Origin: Felis catus
Lineage: Eukaryota
Direction of reading: 5' to 3'
NCBI RefSeq assembly: GCF_018350175.1
Contig: NC_058368.1
Coordinates: 5,642,001 to 5,706,000 of the forward strand
DNA: 64,000 nt
Positions within the stretch are counted from its first letter, which is position 1. Each line of letters begins with the position of its first letter. The notes below the pieces were generated by a model. That model did not search any database and was not told the DNA's origin. It saw only the letters and a program-made list of their open reading frames with translations. Of the stretch, positions 24,900-36,595 are shown in pieces. Position numbers and translations under genes: made by a program.

Positions 24900-25430
24900 T
24901 GCGGGCAGTTTTCACATAACTCGTCCTAAATGTGCCTTTGAACAGGCTCCCACGCTGGTCTGTGGCCAGACTCCCCCGCGCCCCCCAGAAGAGACGTTGA
25001 GGAGCGTGGCGGGCTCCCCGTGGGCGACGCCCAGCAGGTCTCAGGCGGCAGGCTCGGTAGCCGGTCCCTGCCTGCCTTTTTAAGTTGTCTTGCCCTCCCT
25101 TTGGAGCCATTCCAAAGAAGAAAGGCGTCACCACGGCAGCACCCGGGGGCCTGGCGTTCGGATGCACGCACCTTCCGAGATCGCGTCGCCTCTCACTTCG
25201 GAAGCCACTTCCGGCCTTCTTCTTCTGATGGCACCTGCCTGCGGCAGGTCTAGACCGGATGGGCTAGACCCCGGGTTACAGCCTCACACGCGGGTCACGG
25301 GGTCTGATGTTTGAGATAGTGGCCGAGCAGAGCCAGGAGAAATCTTAAGGAACATCCCGAGCCCTTTGTTTCCTGGTGAGGAAATGGAAGCTCAGGGAAA
25401 GGTCCCTCTTCCGCCGCACGCGCCCCAGAA
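24900..25430. other. CpG-dense GC-rich patch
   Basis: Visibly dense CpGs (e.g. gcgtggcgggctccccgtgggcgacgc, gatcgcgtcgcc). No associated gene start seen. Confidence 0.5.
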
Positions 25431-25785
25431 GTTGTTTGAAGCCCTCACCTTGAACATTATGTCGCAGTGTTGTCAGTGTCATTAATCAATTTGCTTGTCC
25501 TTTCTACATGTCTCCTCTTATTTCAAATTGAATTGTAGGCGTTTTTTTTTTTTCTTTCTGTATGCCTCCTTTATTGGCTTCTTTTGGGTTTGGACTCCGA
25601 GACCCCCAGACAATGTCCCGGGCCCATGTTTCCTGTTTTGTTTTGTTTTTCTTTTTTTACCCCAGCACCCATGTCCTTCTTTCTCTTCAGTCCACTTGCT
25701 CTCACCCCCAGTGCCTCAACTCTCACACTCACTCTGACGTTTCACTGCATGAACAGATTGTACTCGGCTCAAAAGGGTTGCAGCT

Positions 25786-26002
25786 GGGGGCACCCAGGTG
25801 GCTCGGGTAAGCGTCCAACTTCGGCTCAGGTCGTGATCTCACGGTTCGTGGGTTCGAGCCCCGCGTCGGGCTCCGTGCCGACAGCTCGGAGCCTGGAGCC
25901 TGCTTCGGATTCTGTGTCTCCCTCTCTCCCTGCCCCTCCCCAGCTTGCACTCTGTCTGTCTCTCTCAATAATAAATAAACATTTAAAAAAATTTTTTTAA
26001 AG
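25786..26002 (+). mobile_element. Can-SINE (SINEC_Fc), full length
   Basis: Perfect 15-bp TSD aaaagggttgcagct at 25771-25785 and 26003-26017. Confidence 0.96.
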
Positions 26003-26354
26003 AAAAGGGTTGCAGCTAAGCACATACACCTGATAGCAACCTCTACACGTAGGTAGAATTTCTGTGTCTTTGAGATCATCATCCAGTTCAGCTCCTGGCC
26101 AGAGCTGTGGTCTCGTCTGTCCCAGAGCAGTATGGACACAGTTCGTCAAAGCTGACCCCAGATGTTCAGCATGATGACGTTACAATATTCTCATTTTCTC
26201 CCTTCCCATTTCTTCCCTTCCCTTCCTTTCCTTTCTCCCCATTTAAAGACTCTGTAAACCTGCAGAGGACCAGTTTTATCTTTAATTCTGCAGGTTAGAT
26301 CAGTAGATGTCTAATTCAAGCCAAATACTAGTTGTTTTACATTGATCAGATCTG

Positions 26355-26520
26355 TCCTTCACAGTAACCCTAAAGTGCTGGTTTTAGTGTCCATTACTTT
26401 GTGAAGAAATTGAGAGAGAGATTGATTGATTGATTGATTGATTAACTTACCCAGCATCACAGAGATATTAGCTACACAGCTGTGGTTCAGTCCTAGGTGT
26501 GACTGATTTCAGACCTGCTC
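26355..26520 (-). mobile_element. MIR with internal (GATT)n microsatellite
   Basis: gaagaaattgagagagag(attg)5attaacttacccagcatcacagag...ttcagtcctaggtgtgactgatttcaga. Confidence 0.65.
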
Positions 26521-28340
26521 GCTGTATGATATTATGATGCAGATGGCTATGTCAACCAGAATTCATATAAGTAACTATAATTTCAGGAACAATCACTAAT
26601 TAATATTGACATAAATTATTTGCTAGAAAATTCTATCTTGGTAAAGCTTAAAAATAACCTGGCTTCTATGCTGGTAACTATTTAAGGAAACGTGTATCTT
26701 TTTCCTCCTTGTAAATATAAAAATAACTTCTTCATAATGGCGTGTATTATTTTAAAATGTGAGTTGATAGCTCATAGCAATGAATTATAATAGGATAAGA
26801 GAACTTATTTAATTCTAAGATTTCTTCAGTATTACAGAATACATTTTCAGTCCTTGAGTATTAGCCCTCCCCCCACCCAATTGTTGACCGTGAAGAAAGA
26901 AGATGAGAGAAAATAAGAGAAGGCAGATGTTTAAAGAGAATAATTATCTGTAGAAGGACATATGTTTTTAGATTCAGTGAATTCATCTTTTATGAAGTGG
27001 AAATCCTGGCCAAACCACATAAATGGACTTAAACTGACTGCCAGATAAGGAGCATTTTAGAAACGAAAAGGCACTGCTACAGCCTGAAGGATAGGTTTCC
27101 CGAAACATTCTGATAAAAGCAAAATGCTTCAAGACGCTAGAGGTGCATGAGTGATAGATAGGAGGTTTTCTCGGGAAGGACATCAGTTACTAAGACAGAG
27201 GAAGGGAAATTTGTAACGGGAAGTGAGGAAGCCAAAATGTTGTATTTGTGGATTGGGCTCTGCAGGCCTCCAACCACGTGATGTTCCCAATCACAAAGTT
27301 ACTTTTTGCTGGTGACTACATGGTTGCACAAAGCGCCAGATCCCTGGTTAAACGGGAGAAAAAGACCAACCAACATGGTGTAGAGCATTCGACAGTGTGA
27401 AAACTATGTCTGCTGCCTGTGGGCACTAAAGGGAAACGTAGAAAAGAGAGCCCACTCTCCAATCAGAAGGGGATGAGCCGAAGTCTACATGATACGACAG
27501 TGCTTTATTTTATTTGTTTTATTTTTACAGTGGCTTCTTTTAAGATTTGTTCTGATTTGTGAAAGTTTGAGGACCGCCCCCCGCCCCCCCAGGTTAACGA
27601 ATCAGTACACGGAAGATTAGGGCCCAGTGGAGGCAAGGACAGCATGAATTCCAGTGTCACCATCGGGACTTGTCTTCCATTCCTCCCAGCAGCCTGTCGC
27701 TGGACATTTCATTTCACTTTGTCCCCCACTCGTAATCTGATGTTAGGGGGTACTATATTTGTTACTGTGATGATTTTAAGTTAACTGCCCTTGTATTCTT
27801 CGTGAAAAAGTTATTTAAGAAAGCACATTGCTATCTAGGGTTTGGTACTGGAATGGAGTGTTCAGCAGTAGGAAAAAAGTGGTTTCAAATACTATTCCTC
27901 TTAGGCAGGGGTAGTAATCCGTGGGAGTCCTGAGAGTCGCTATGGACACCTGTGTTTCTCTAGACCTTGTACAGTCACTGAATTGGAGGACAGAGCCGGA
28001 AATAATGCTGCCTGGAAAGTGAATGCAATTCACCTTTAAAGGAATGTGTATTTTTCCAGATATGAAATCATTGGTGTCTTCATGTATTCTCTTCCCAAAT
28101 TATACATTGTCCTTTTTACTGGAAACGTGCAGGTGAGCTCATTGTTAAGACTTCGATGTAGGGAAAACTACAGGCCTTTATCTGGGAAAAAATACACAAA
28201 AGGTCTTGGCCAAGGTATTTGGCATTATGGCAAATGACTTATCCGCCATCTTCATTTTTTTTTTTTTTTTTTGATTCCTTGCATTTGAGCTAAGGGGTGG
28301 GAAAAAAGAGCCTGTGACTACTTTTCAAGAGTAAACTATA

Positions 28341-28550
28341 GGGGCACCTGGGTGGCTCAGTCAGTTAAGTGGCCGACTTCGGCTCAGGTCATGATTTCAC
28401 AGTCCGTGAGTTCGAGCCCTGTGTCGGGCTCTGTGCTGACAGCTCAGAGCCTGGAGCCTGTTTCAGATTCTGTGTCTCCCTCTCTCTGACCCTCCCCCGT
28501 TCATGCTCTGTCTCTCTCTCTCTCAAAAATAAATAAACGTTAAAAAAAAA
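28341..28550 (+). mobile_element. Can-SINE (SINEC_Fc), full length
   Basis: Perfect TSD ttcaagagtaaactata(gg) starting at 28324 and at 28551. Confidence 0.96.
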
Positions 28551-29930
28551 TTCAAGAGTAAACTATAGGATTTGAGACTATAGGCTCACCATGACATCTA
28601 ACTCTTGCTAGATATTCTAAAAGTAATATTTGATGAATCCTGTACACATACACATATGTTATTAGGCGCACACACACACACACTTTATTAAGGTGCAGGA
28701 AAGCCAGAGCTAGTCATTTCCTGGGAGTATAAAACCTTTACAGGGATTCATAACAGGTGGTCATCCCCATGAGATTGGGTTCTGGTACTCCCAAGGAAGT
28801 CTTGCTTTCCTAGGCTGTTGGTAGGATACCAGAAATAGTTCAAGGACTCAGAGCTTTGCCCACAATTACGGCGGTGTCCTAGAATGCACTTTAATAAACA
28901 CTTATTGAATATCTGCTGTTTTGCAAGCCTCTGTGCTATGTGTGTACAGTTTAATTGATCAGTGATTAATTTGAAATACAACACTTTATGTGGTTATTAT
29001 TATGACTGTTATCTTGATTGCAAACTTTTCACTGTATTTTGAATTTCAGTTTGAAAATATTTTTCTTTCCAAAAGCTAAGTGTGCTGGTTATAATATGTA
29101 TATTACCTATTATAAAAATTACACCGAAGCCATTGGCCAGGAATAGCAACTTTTAACGTTTAGGGTTGGTGTGATTCTTAGCTGAGGTGTACCACCTCCT
29201 TTTTAACTGTATTCCAATCACTATCCCCAGGAGGCTTGGGGTGTTTGGGTTTTCTTTTTGTCTTGGACATAAAAGAATTGTTATGTTTACGTGCTGAGGA
29301 AAACGGCCCCCTGGAGAGGTGCATTCTCTAAGCTCTAAATTAGGAAGTGCAGTGAAGTGGGGTTGCCCTCTGGATTTTCTACAGCCCCTACCCCCCACTA
29401 CAGTCCTAAGAGAATCCCCGCTTTTAGAGGAAATTCATCCTTATTCAACCCATTTTCTCACTTTCAATTTAGCCTTTAACCTGTCAGAACCCTCTAACCT
29501 TCTGTTAGGCAGAACCCTTCCTGCCTAACAATTCTCACCATCACCAGTTCTTAATTACAATTCTAAAGAATATTTTTTGTCTCTTTCTTACAGACCTCTC
29601 TGTAGTGTGTTGCGTTTTCTTTTTAAAACTCACTTTTTTCTTCTTTCTTCTTTTCCTTTAAAGCCATCTTCTCTGGGACTCTTTCTATACTCTGGCCTTT
29701 GCTTCTCCATGCTAGACTCCCTTTCCTCCTTGGTAACTTACATGCTGAAGTTCCCCAAAGTTCTACCCTCAGCCACTGGCTCATTCTTCTTGACTGGTCT
29801 TATCCACTCATCTGTCTTCTACTAATACCTCTGGACTTATGACCTCCGAGTCTAAATCTCTGAAAGGCAAAATCACTCTTCTAGGTGCCAGACTCAGTGA
29901 CCCAGAGCCTTTCAGACTTCCCAACTTGGA

Positions 29931-29931
<1 letters not shown>

Positions 29932-29982
<51 letters not shown>

Positions 29983-29988
29983 ACACAC
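29932..29988. repeat. (CA)n microsatellite within an L2 remnant
   Basis: Read directly; one interruption. Confidence 0.95.
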
Positions 29989-31074
29989 CCTGAGCTCAGC
30001 ATGTGTGAGACATCACATTCCCCCGCACATGCCCTCACCTGTCTACTTTTCTGCCCCTGTAAGTGGCTCTACCCTCTACTAGCTCACATAGCCAGGAGCC
30101 ACAGTCTTCCCTCTTGCCAGGCTCAGCAGTCACCAAGCCTGGTAGGTTCTACCTTTGAAACTTTGCCAGGTCTCCCTGCCTTCTACTCTGCATGGCCTCA
30201 TTAGAATCTCACCGTCCCTGGCCAGCGTGGCCACGGGAGTCCCTGCCCTACGGCTTGGCCATTGGCCCCAGCCCTCTTGAGCTCCCATGCCTTTCCTCTT
30301 GCTTGTAGCAGACTCCTTTTCCTGAATATCCCCAACATTTTATTCTCCTTTTACTTATTTGTAGAATAAAACTGTAAGGATCCAGAGGACAGAAACTCTA
30401 TCTCCCTTGTATCCCAAGAAGTAACTCTGTCCTGTTTTCCCTTTCCCACAATCCCATTAAAGCAATGTCTAATGAATAAGATCTAACAAAATTCAACAGC
30501 AAGGCTAAAAGACTTCTCTTCCAACACAATAAACTAGTATGAGTGAGTCTCGAGGAAAACGTATGGTGAGCCCTTGTCCCTTTAAAATGTGTAAGATGAT
30601 CAGATATTGGAAAAACTGAACTGAAGGTGAATTCATATTTATGTGTTCTATTTAATTTATTTACCTATAAAATCTTGTGCTGGCATGAAAGATTTGAGCC
30701 TAAAAGCTTAAGATTTAAGCTGAGATATGCTACTTTGATTGATTACATGTCATAAAACAATATAATATTTATGGTTTGAAGTATAGTTTTTGGTGTCTAT
30801 TTGAGTGCGTGTAAAAGGGAAAAATATATCTCAATGTTTCTAAGCTAGAAATAAGCTAAATAATTATTGAGGTAGAGAATGTCTTTACTTCTACAATTTA
30901 ATTTCTTAAGACTGTTGACACCTAAGGAGAGTGACACTCTTGTCAAGTTTGGAGGGTAAGAATTAACTGCATTTAGTTTTGGAGAGTATGAATTAGCCGC
31001 ATTTTCCAAGTTGTAGCATAGAATAGGAAAATCCTACCTCAGCGATTGCCTGTATCAATAAAAGGTCAATTCCA

Positions 31075-31300
31075 GGGGCGCCTGGGTGACTCAGTCAGTT
31101 AAGTGTCCGACTCTTGGTTTCAGCTCAGGTCATGATCTCGCGGTTCATGAGTTCCAGCCCTGCATCAGGCTCTGTGCTAACAGCACAGAGCCTGCTTGGG
31201 ATTCTCTGTCTCCCTCTCTTTCTGCCCCTCCCCTCGCTCTCTCTCTCAAAATAAATAAACAAACTTAAAATAAAAACACACAACTAAAATACTTTTACAA
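31075..31300 (+). mobile_element. Can-SINE
   Basis: ggggcgcctgggtgactcagtcagttaagtg...ctctctcaaaataaataaac. Confidence 0.93.
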
Positions 31301-31361
31301 AAAAAGAGTTCAACTTTAAAATTCTAATAGGTCCATCATCCTAATCAGTAACATGCAGTTA

Positions 31362-31607
31362 TTAAAATTTTTAAAACTTTTTAAATGTTGATTTATTGTT
31401 TTGAGAGAGGAAGCGAGAGAGAGACAAGAGTGTGAGTTGATGGGGGCTGGGGGTGGGTGCAGAGAGAGAGGGAGACACAGGATCCAAAGCAGCTCCAGGT
31501 GCCGAGCTGTCAGCACAGAGCCCGACGCGGGGTTCGAACTCACAGACCGCGACATCATGACCTGAGCCAAAGTTGGACGTTCAGCCGACTGAGCCCCCCA
31601 GGCACCC
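31362..31607 (-). mobile_element. Can-SINE (SINEC_Fc)
   Basis: Ends gactgagccccccaggcaccc. TSD agtaacatgcagtt / agtgacatgcaatt. Confidence 0.93.
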
Positions 31608-31959
31608 TAGTGACATGCAATTTAATAAAATCTCCATGGTCAGCTTATTGTATGAAGAGTTTTCATTCTAGACACTCAGAATTTTATTGTAGCCTTCACA
31701 ATCTGGGTGTCTCGAGGGAGCCTGAGCAGAGCCCCGTGTGAATTTGGAGGAGTTCAGATTAAAGGGATGATGTTCCGAGAACAAGTCGGATCGGTCTGAG
31801 TATTGCAAGATTGTTTTCGGCATTAATGGTGGTTGGTGACGGAATGATGAGACCTTCAGGTCCTGGAGTCTCAGCGAACCACCTTGGAAGGAGATAAGCG
31901 GACCGCTGTCACATTGCGGAATTGTAGCTATTCCCCAAGAGGACAGAAAGGACCGCGTG

Positions 31960-33050
31960 CTTCCGGTCGGTGGGCAGGGCCGTGGGGTTCCCTGTGGCCA
32001 GCTGTCGGCTCCCTCCGTGGAAGGCCACCGAGTGCTCGGGGGTAATAAATGAGCAATTGTCGGAGCCCCTACGGAAAGTGTCCGGCAGAAGGGTTCGCAT
32101 CCCTCGTGTTGTGTTTTTGGCCTGCGATTAGAATTCGTGCGCCACATCTCATATGCCTGCATGTGTCCAAATACCCCTCGCCGGGGTGCAGTTTCCCGCA
32201 AAGGGGGAGGTCGGGGCCGCTGCGCGCATCTGCTCATCTGCTCTCATCTTGGGCCAGTGCCAGCCAGCCGCACTTTGCGACTGTGACACCTGCTAATTGT
32301 AATCCTTGTAACCTCGTTCCCACAATTGTACACAGAGCCTCGCCTGCCAGGAGGCCCGGGGAATGCCTCCTTTTATAGGGAACCAGGCTTGGACCCTGTG
32401 CCGAGCAGGTCCAGATCTGAAGTGCAGCGTCTTCTTTTTATCATCAACTTGAAGGGCAAGGACAGGTGGGGCTAACCAGATCCAGACCCGGCTACCCTGT
32501 TTACCGTAGCAAGCCAGGGAGCGACGTGGAAACACATGTCTTGGTAGGAATACGCCGTAAAACTGTAGTGCCCCTCCTCCCACCAGAAAAGCTTGGGCAG
32601 TGATCATTTTTGGCTGAACGGGCGCAGTCAAGTTTTCCCATCACCAGATCCACCAGCGGAGCCCTGCCAAGAGCCGCAGCCGCGTTCCTGCCAGTTCCTG
32701 GAGTCTTCTCAAGTGGCGTTTTATTAAAGTCTTTTATTTCGCTTTCAGTGAACATTCATTTCTTCTGTTTGCCTCCTGCAAGCCAGCGCTTTGACGGGCG
32801 CTGCGGCCAGCAGGGGTGAGCCACGGTCTGCGGCCGCCGGAGGCCGGGCCAAGCAGTAAAGGGCGCGAAGCGCACAGTGCGTGAAATCGTTCTCTGCTCT
32901 TTACCGTTGCCGTTGTTAAGTTCGGAAAAATTACTCTCACTGTCGAGGTCCATCCGGATGACATGTATTTTAGGAAAGCAACGGAGGCTGCAGTCCCCGT
33001 GATCAGGTCCAGATGCCATCCTCCCACCTACTGACGTGGTCGTCTGGGAT
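31960..33050. promoter_or_regulatory. CpG-rich, repeat-free candidate regulatory region
   Basis: Many CpGs. TTTCCCGC 32192, TGCGCGCA 32221, CATCTG twice, CTAATTGTAAT, ACAATTGT. Function is inferred. Confidence 0.35.
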
Positions 33051-33924
33051 AACACCGCCTCTAGCCTGAACTTCCCTCCTGTAAAGCTGTTAAGTCCCCT
33101 CGCTCCTAGATGTTACCAAAGTAATGGAGAGGGAGGTCCTGTGCGGACTTCTCAGGGACAGCGCTGCCCACACCCAGGCTAGGGTATTTCGTGGTAAGTT
33201 TGATCATCCGCTTTCTGCCTGCAGAGGGTTGAACAATTTAAATCCCGTCTGGCTTTTATTTTTTCTAAAAATATCATCCCGACACGATTATGTAATTTTA
33301 GCATTTACTGTGAAGTTCCTCTCTGGCAGCATAAAACACTACAGAAAACGTCAGTAGAAGTTTGGGTGTCTAGCTGTTTAATGGGTGGATTTGTGTCACT
33401 GTCGTCGAAGAGTGACTCTTTTCCAAGTAGCTGACATGGACAGGGGAGGTAAACACTGGCCAGGAAGGTGCCCCTCAACTTGCTTTCCCTTGTCTTTGCG
33501 AGACTCAAGTGATAATGTTGATAATGGCCCACGGGGCACATCCCGTAACACAATTTCTACCCTCCCTTCCCTGTTGTCTCCTGTGCCTCTCTCATTCAGA
33601 GCACAGTAATTGAAGGCTTGATAAGAGCCGTTAAGCTGTGAACAGGTGACCACCTCTTAATATCTTATTCATTTCCAAGGCTTGTTAGCAGAGTTGGTCT
33701 GTCAGGGCTGGAGGCCGCGCGCGTCTGAGATCAAGGTGTTAGCCAGGTTGGTTCCTTCTGAGAGCTGTGAAGGAGAACCTGTCCCATGGCTCTGGTCTCC
33801 TAGAGGCATCTGGCCATCTTTGACGTTCCTTGGCTCGCCCACACATCATCCTGATCCCTGCCTTCGTGCTGTCCCTGTGTTCATGTCTGTGTTCAGATTT
33901 CTCTTTAAAAAAAAAAAAAAAGTC

Positions 33925-34138
33925 GGGACACCTGGGTGGCTCAGTCGGTTAAGCGTCCGACTTCGGCTCAGGTCATGATCTCACAGTTCGGGAGTTCGAG
34001 CCCCGCGTCGGGCTCTGTGCTGACAGCTCAGAGCCTGGAGCCTGCTTCCGATTCTGTGTCTCCCTCTCTCTCTGCCCCTTCCCTGCTCATGCTGTGTCTC
34101 TCTCTGTCTCAAAAATAAATAAACATTAAAAAAAATAA
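33925..34138 (+). mobile_element. Can-SINE (SINEC_Fc), low divergence
   Basis: Near-consensus body and tail aaaaataaataaacattaaaaaaa. Confidence 0.96.
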
Positions 34139-34145
34139 ATAAAAA

Positions 34146-34359
34146 TTTTTTAAAAAGTTTATTTTTGAGAGAGAGAGAGAGAAAGAGAACACAAGCACAG
34201 GGGAGGAGCAGAGAGAGAGGGAGACACAGAATCCAAAGCAGACTCCAGGCGCTGAGCTGTCAGCACAGAGCCCAGTGCAGGGCTTAAACCCACGAACTGT
34301 GAGATCATGACCTGAGCCAAAGTTGGATGCTCGACCCACTGAGCCACCCAGGGGCTCCC
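34146..34359 (-). mobile_element. Can-SINE (SINEC_Fc)
   Basis: Ends cactgagccacccaggggctccc. Degenerate TSD cagatttctcttt (33894) / caaatttctcctttt (34359). Confidence 0.94.
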
Positions 34360-34519
34360 AAATTTCTCCTTTTTCTAACACCGGTCATATTGGTTTAAGG
34401 GCCCACCCTAATGACCTCATCTTAACTAATTATATATCTCCAGTGACCCTGTTCCCAAATAAAGTCACATTCTGAGGTACTAAGTTTTAGGACTTCAATT
34501 TAAGAAATTGGGAGGAAAA

Positions 34520-34605
34520 GGGGTGGAGCATGTGACTCTTGATTTGGTGAGGTTGGGAGTTCAAGTCCCACCCATGCTGGGTATAGAGACTACTTAAAAA
34601 AAAAA
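34520..34605 (+). mobile_element. Short older Can-SINE with 5' deletion
   Basis: ggagcatgtgactcttgat...gagttcaagtcccac...gggtatagagactacttaaaaa. TSD aagaaattgggagg (34502) / aagaatttgagagg (34856). Confidence 0.8.
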
Positions 34606-34611
34606 ATCTTA

Positions 34612-34832
34612 GGGGCGCCTGGGTGGCTCAGTCAGTTGAGCGTCCGACTTCGGCTCAGGTCATGATCTCACGGTCTGTGAGTTCAAGCCCTGCGTCAGGC
34701 TCTGGGCTGATGGCTCAGAGCCTGGAGCCTGCTTCCGATTCTGTGTCTCCCTCTCTCTCTGCCCCTCCCCCATTCATGCTCTGTCTCTCTCTGTCTCAAA
34801 AATAAATAAACATTAAAAAAAAATTAAAAAAT
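34612..34832 (+). mobile_element. Can-SINE (SINEC_Fc) inserted in the tail of the older SINE
   Basis: Canonical body. TSD aaaaaaaaatctta on both sides. Confidence 0.96.
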
Positions 34833-35699
34833 AAAAAAAAATCTTAAAAAAGAAAAAGAATTTGAGAGGGAGGTAATTCAACCTATAACACTATCATACA
34901 TTGATGTTTCCTTGAAGTATTTTGGGTTCTTACCACCTATAATTCTCCCTAAGAACTAAGCAAGTAAAGACTGGATTGTGCTTATTTCGTAAGTTGCATA
35001 GTCTCTCTATTTCACAGAAGAATCCTCTCTCATTTAGGTCTGGGGTGTCACAAGGACTTTCAAATGCTTGCTGTTTTTGCTAAATTCAGGTAAAATAAAT
35101 AGGAGGTCTCCTTTCTGTCAGGCTTTGAGCTTGGTGCTGAGAATATAAACATGTGTGGTCATTGCCCTCACAGAGTCAGAGAAGAAAACGAAAGTATAGC
35201 ACAATGTGTTCTGTGTAATGCGTATCAAGCTACAAAAGGACATGGTCGATTTGGAGGTGGACTAAAAAGCTGTGGGGATTCCTTAGGGATTGCCACGACT
35301 CCCCTCAGCAAGCTCCTGAAGGAAAATAGAGATTTCCCACCCCCTCTACCCCCAAGATTTAAGAAGTGGGAAAGCATTTCGGTGGCAAAGACCTGTTCCA
35401 GGACCAGAGAGGTGGGCAATAAGGAAGGGGAGGGAGTGGTTCACGGCAAGAGCAGTGAACGGACTTGGGAGAAAAACGTGGAATCAAGTGTTCAGGGCAA
35501 GGCGATGGCTTTGGACAAGAAGGGAAATACCTTGTGTCTATGATTACAATGAAAGTAATTGATACGGGTGTGACTGTAGGTACATTTCTTGTTTTCAGGA
35601 AAGTTCAGAGTCAAAGATTTGAAGCTAAAGTGCCCGATTGTTACAGGAAATTTCCATGGTTAAATCATCTTTCTTAAATATAAATTGGAGTGTCTCATT

Positions 35700-35947
35700 T
35701 TGCGGCCTAAAACCCTGTAATAGCTTCATCTTGACATTTTGATGTAGTCCAGGATTCTTAACAAGATTTAGAGACCCTCCACAATCTAATTTCTCTTTGT
35801 GTCAGCTCTCCCTTGCCCTCTCTGCTCCGCCATATTAGCTCCTGGAATGTTCTGGGCCTCTGCCCAGGCCTGGAACGAGGCCTTCTTTTCCTTCCAGTGG
35901 CATGCCTTCCCCTGTTACCCAATCCATTCCCTCCTCCTCCTCCTCCT

Positions 35948-35978
<31 letters not shown>

Positions 35979-36081
35979 CTCCTCCTGTTCCTCCTCCTCC
36001 TCCTCCTCCTCCTCCTCCGCCTCCTCCTCCTCCGCCTCCTCCTCCTCCGCCTCCTCCTCCGTCTCCTCCGCCTCCTCCTCC

Positions 36082-36134
<53 letters not shown>

Positions 36135-36166
36135 CTCCTCCTCCTCCTCTTCCTCTTCCTCTTCCT

Positions 36167-36212
<46 letters not shown>

Positions 36213-36595
36213 CTCCTCCTCCTCCTCCTCCTCTTCCTCCTCCTCCTCCTCCTCCTCTTCCTCCTCCTCCTCCTCCTCCTCTTCCTCCTCCTCCTCCTCC
36301 TCCTCCTCCTCCTCCTCCTCCTCCTCAAAGCTTCTGCTGAAAAGTGGCACACTCAGGGGGGTTCCTGATGGCTCCCTACTCCTGCCCCAGCTGCCATCAC
36401 CTCCCAGAGCACGCTATTGTCCGCTTTGTTACTTTCATGGCACTTATTCACTGAACATATTTCTTTTCCAATAGATGGCAAGCTCTGGAGGGCATAAACG
36501 GTGTCTCCCGTACAGTTCACCATATCTCTGGCATGCCGTATTGTGTCTGGCATATGGCAGGTGTTCAGTGGATGTTTTGCTAAATGAATGAATGA
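35700..36595 (+). mobile_element. L2 3' end hosting the triplet repeat
   Basis: ccaatagatggcaagctctggagggca...gtgtctggcatatggcaggtgttcagtggatgttttgctaaatgaatgaatg is a typical L2 terminus. Confidence 0.7.
35928..36326. repeat. About 400-bp (TCC)n/(GGA)n trinucleotide tract with GCC and TCT interruptions
   Basis: Read directly; explains the poly-S/P/L/E/R ORFs in the track. Confidence 0.98.

Larger units (their letters stand above)
33700..34890 (-). mobile_element. MLT1B/C-like MaLR LTR split by four SINEs
   Basis: gagatcaaggtgttagccaggttggttccttctgag (33727), ggtcatattggtttaagggcccaccctaatgacctcatcttaac...cacattctgaggtact (34383-34481) and terminal aattcaacctataaca (to 34889). Confidence 0.85.

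Noticed and set aside
31668..32237. 189-aa minus-strand ORF
   Set aside because: No domain or codon signal; expected by chance in GC-rich DNA
35799..36474. Long poly-L/P/S/E/R ORFs
   Set aside because: They are translations of the (TCC)n tract; the flanks are L2 with no domain or splice support
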